Below, in pieces: positions 62,750 to 64,000 of a stretch of 64,000 nt of DNA. The stretch lies in contig JBNGCR010000004.1 in NCBI GenBank assembly GCA_050045915.1, forward strand, positions 1,354 through 65,353, in the 5' to 3' direction. Made by a program: the position numbers and the translations under genes. Position 1 is the first letter of the stretch; each line of letters starts with the position of its first letter. Source of the stretch: Limnospira sp. Its GTDB lineage: Bacteria; Cyanobacteriota; Cyanobacteriia; Cyanobacteriales; Microcoleaceae. Under the pieces are notes generated by a model, which worked only from the letters and a program-made list of their open reading frames with translations, was not told the origin of the DNA and made no database searches.

Positions 62750-63580
62750 ATGTCCGAACATCAACCGTTGATAGTTATCCAAATTACCGATACCCATTTA
62801 TTTGCCGATCGCGATCGCGAGATGATGGGGCTCAAAACGGCCCATTCTTTTCGGGCGGTATTGGATCGAATTCGGAAACTGAATCTCGCTCCCGATGTCT
62901 TTTTATTGACAGGGGATTTATCCCAGGATGAAACACCAGAATCCTACGAGTATTTGCAATCTTTGATAACTTCCTTTGATGTCCCCACCTATTGGATACC
63001 GGGAAATCACGACAATCCGGATGCGATCGCATCTATTTTAACACACAATTCGATCCGATCTGAAAAGTCATTCGATATCGGAAATTGGCATTTTATTTTA
63101 CTCAACAGCCAATGTCCGGGAAAGGTTTACGGATCATTGAGTTCCAATTCTTTGCAACAGTTGGAATTACAATTAGAACGAAACCGCGATCGCCCCACGT
63201 TCATCGCTTTACATCATCACCCGATCGCGATCGCATCGGAGTGGATGGACGAAATTAATTTGCGGAATTCCGATGAGTTTTTGGCGATTATCGACCGCCA
63301 CCCCCAAGTCAAAATCGTGATTTGCGGTCACATCCACCAAGAATTTGAAACCAGTCGAAACGGGGTCATATATTTGGGTTGTCCGTCCACCTGCGTCCAG
63401 TTTAAACCCAGAGCGACAGAATTGGCATTTGATGAGACGGCGACGCCGGGATTTCGGGTTTTGACGTTGCACGCCGACGGGAAATCTACGAGCAAAGTTG
63501 AGCGAACCAATTATCAATTGCCGACGTATCCCAATCCGCGAGAACTTCAGAAGCGGGTTAAAAATATGGCTCATCAATAA
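62750..63580 (+). CDS. cpdA: 3',5'-cyclic-nucleotide phosphodiesterase CpdA/Icc
   Basis: QITDTHL, LTGDLSQD, PGNHD, LHHHP, CGHIHQ and CPSTCVQF motifs. ATG at 62750. Confidence 0.9.
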   Translation: MSEHQPLIVIQITDTHLFADRDREMMGLKTAHSFRAVLDRIRKLNLAPDVFLLTGDLSQDETPESYEYLQSLITSFDVPTYWIPGNHDNPDAIASILTHNSIRSEKSFDIGNWHFILLNSQCPGKVYGSLSSNSLQQLELQLERNRDRPTFIALHHHPIAIASEWMDEINLRNSDEFLAIIDRHPQVKIVICGHIHQEFETSRNGVIYLGCPSTCVQFKPRATELAFDETATPGFRVLTLHADGKSTSKVERTNYQLPTYPNPRELQKRVKNMAHQ

Positions 63581-63638
63581 ATCGTCCGAAGTGATGGTAT
63601 ACTATTCAAGTTTTCGATCGGATATTCGTTCGATACTT

Positions 63639-64000
63639 ATGGAATGGTTGCACACTCTCGAATCGGGATTGTCTGGTGTCGTTTCTTTCGGCAAATTGTT
63701 GTTGGAAGCGATTTCAGTGTTTTGCGTTTTATTTGGAGTTGTCAAAACGGGTCAACTCGCACTCAAATTTTCTCAATTCAAATATGATGAATTTCTTTTC
63801 ATTCAACTGCGGATAAGGTTCGGGGTGTGGCTGGCGTTGGCTCTGGAATTTCAACTGGGCGCCGATATTTTGGCGACTACGATCGCTCCCTCAACGGGAA
63901 CATTAGTCCGGCTGGGTGCGATCGCGGTGATTCGGACGTTATTAAATTATTTCTTGAATCAAGAACTTGAAAGAGAGTTTGAAATGAGAAAGAAGAAGGG
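63639..64000 (+). CDS. DUF1622 membrane protein (runs off the window end)
   Basis: Absent from the track. Manual translation: MEWLHTLE...RIRFGVWLALALEFQLGADILATTIAP...LGAIAVIRTLLNYFL. Confidence 0.88.
   Translation, partial: MEWLHTLESGLSGVVSFGKLLLEAISVFCVLFGVVKTGQLALKFSQFKYDEFLFIQLRIRFGVWLALALEFQLGADILATTIAPSTGTLVRLGAIAVIRTLLNYFLNQELEREFEMRKKK

Overview
This is a cyanobacterial chromosomal window. The HIP1 octamer GCGATCGC is very dense, the gene set is cyanobacterial, and heptamer STRR-type repeats point to a filamentous, Oscillatoriales-like organism. Most of it is housekeeping: aroE, queC, tatC, ftsH3, cbiA/cobB, tolC, rimM, nadD-nrtR, leuA, groES-groEL with CIRCE and K-box, rnhA, ftsI, glgB, sat, pyrE, ctpC, ispG, cpdA. 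The main accessory locus (13.5-21.4 kb, minus strand) encodes a ~1950-aa protein with four glycosyltransferase domains (GT4-GT2-GT2-GT41) and a thrice-repeated unknown helical module. Upstream of it lies a TPR + class I methyltransferase protein whose C-terminal domain resembles plant DUF579 (GXM/IRX15) polysaccharide O-methyltransferases, and an AT-rich four-helix-bundle gene sits between the two. Intergenic DNA holds many selfish-element relics: up to six IS200/IS605-derived pieces (a 65-bp LE+RE mini-element, a 390-bp TnpB-less element retaining the right end, a tnpB pseudogene, and isolated right-end hairpins), a 170-bp MITE with a target duplication inside a palindromic repeat, and the 3' end of a group II intron. 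An unexplained 178-bp direct repeat lies at 55.6-56.1 kb. The ORF track misses two real genes that run off the window ends: a STAND-NTPase/WD40 gene (<1-3750, minus) and a DUF1622 gene (63639->64000). I found no rRNA, tRNA or CRISPR array. Family assignments come from motif recognition by eye, not from database searches.
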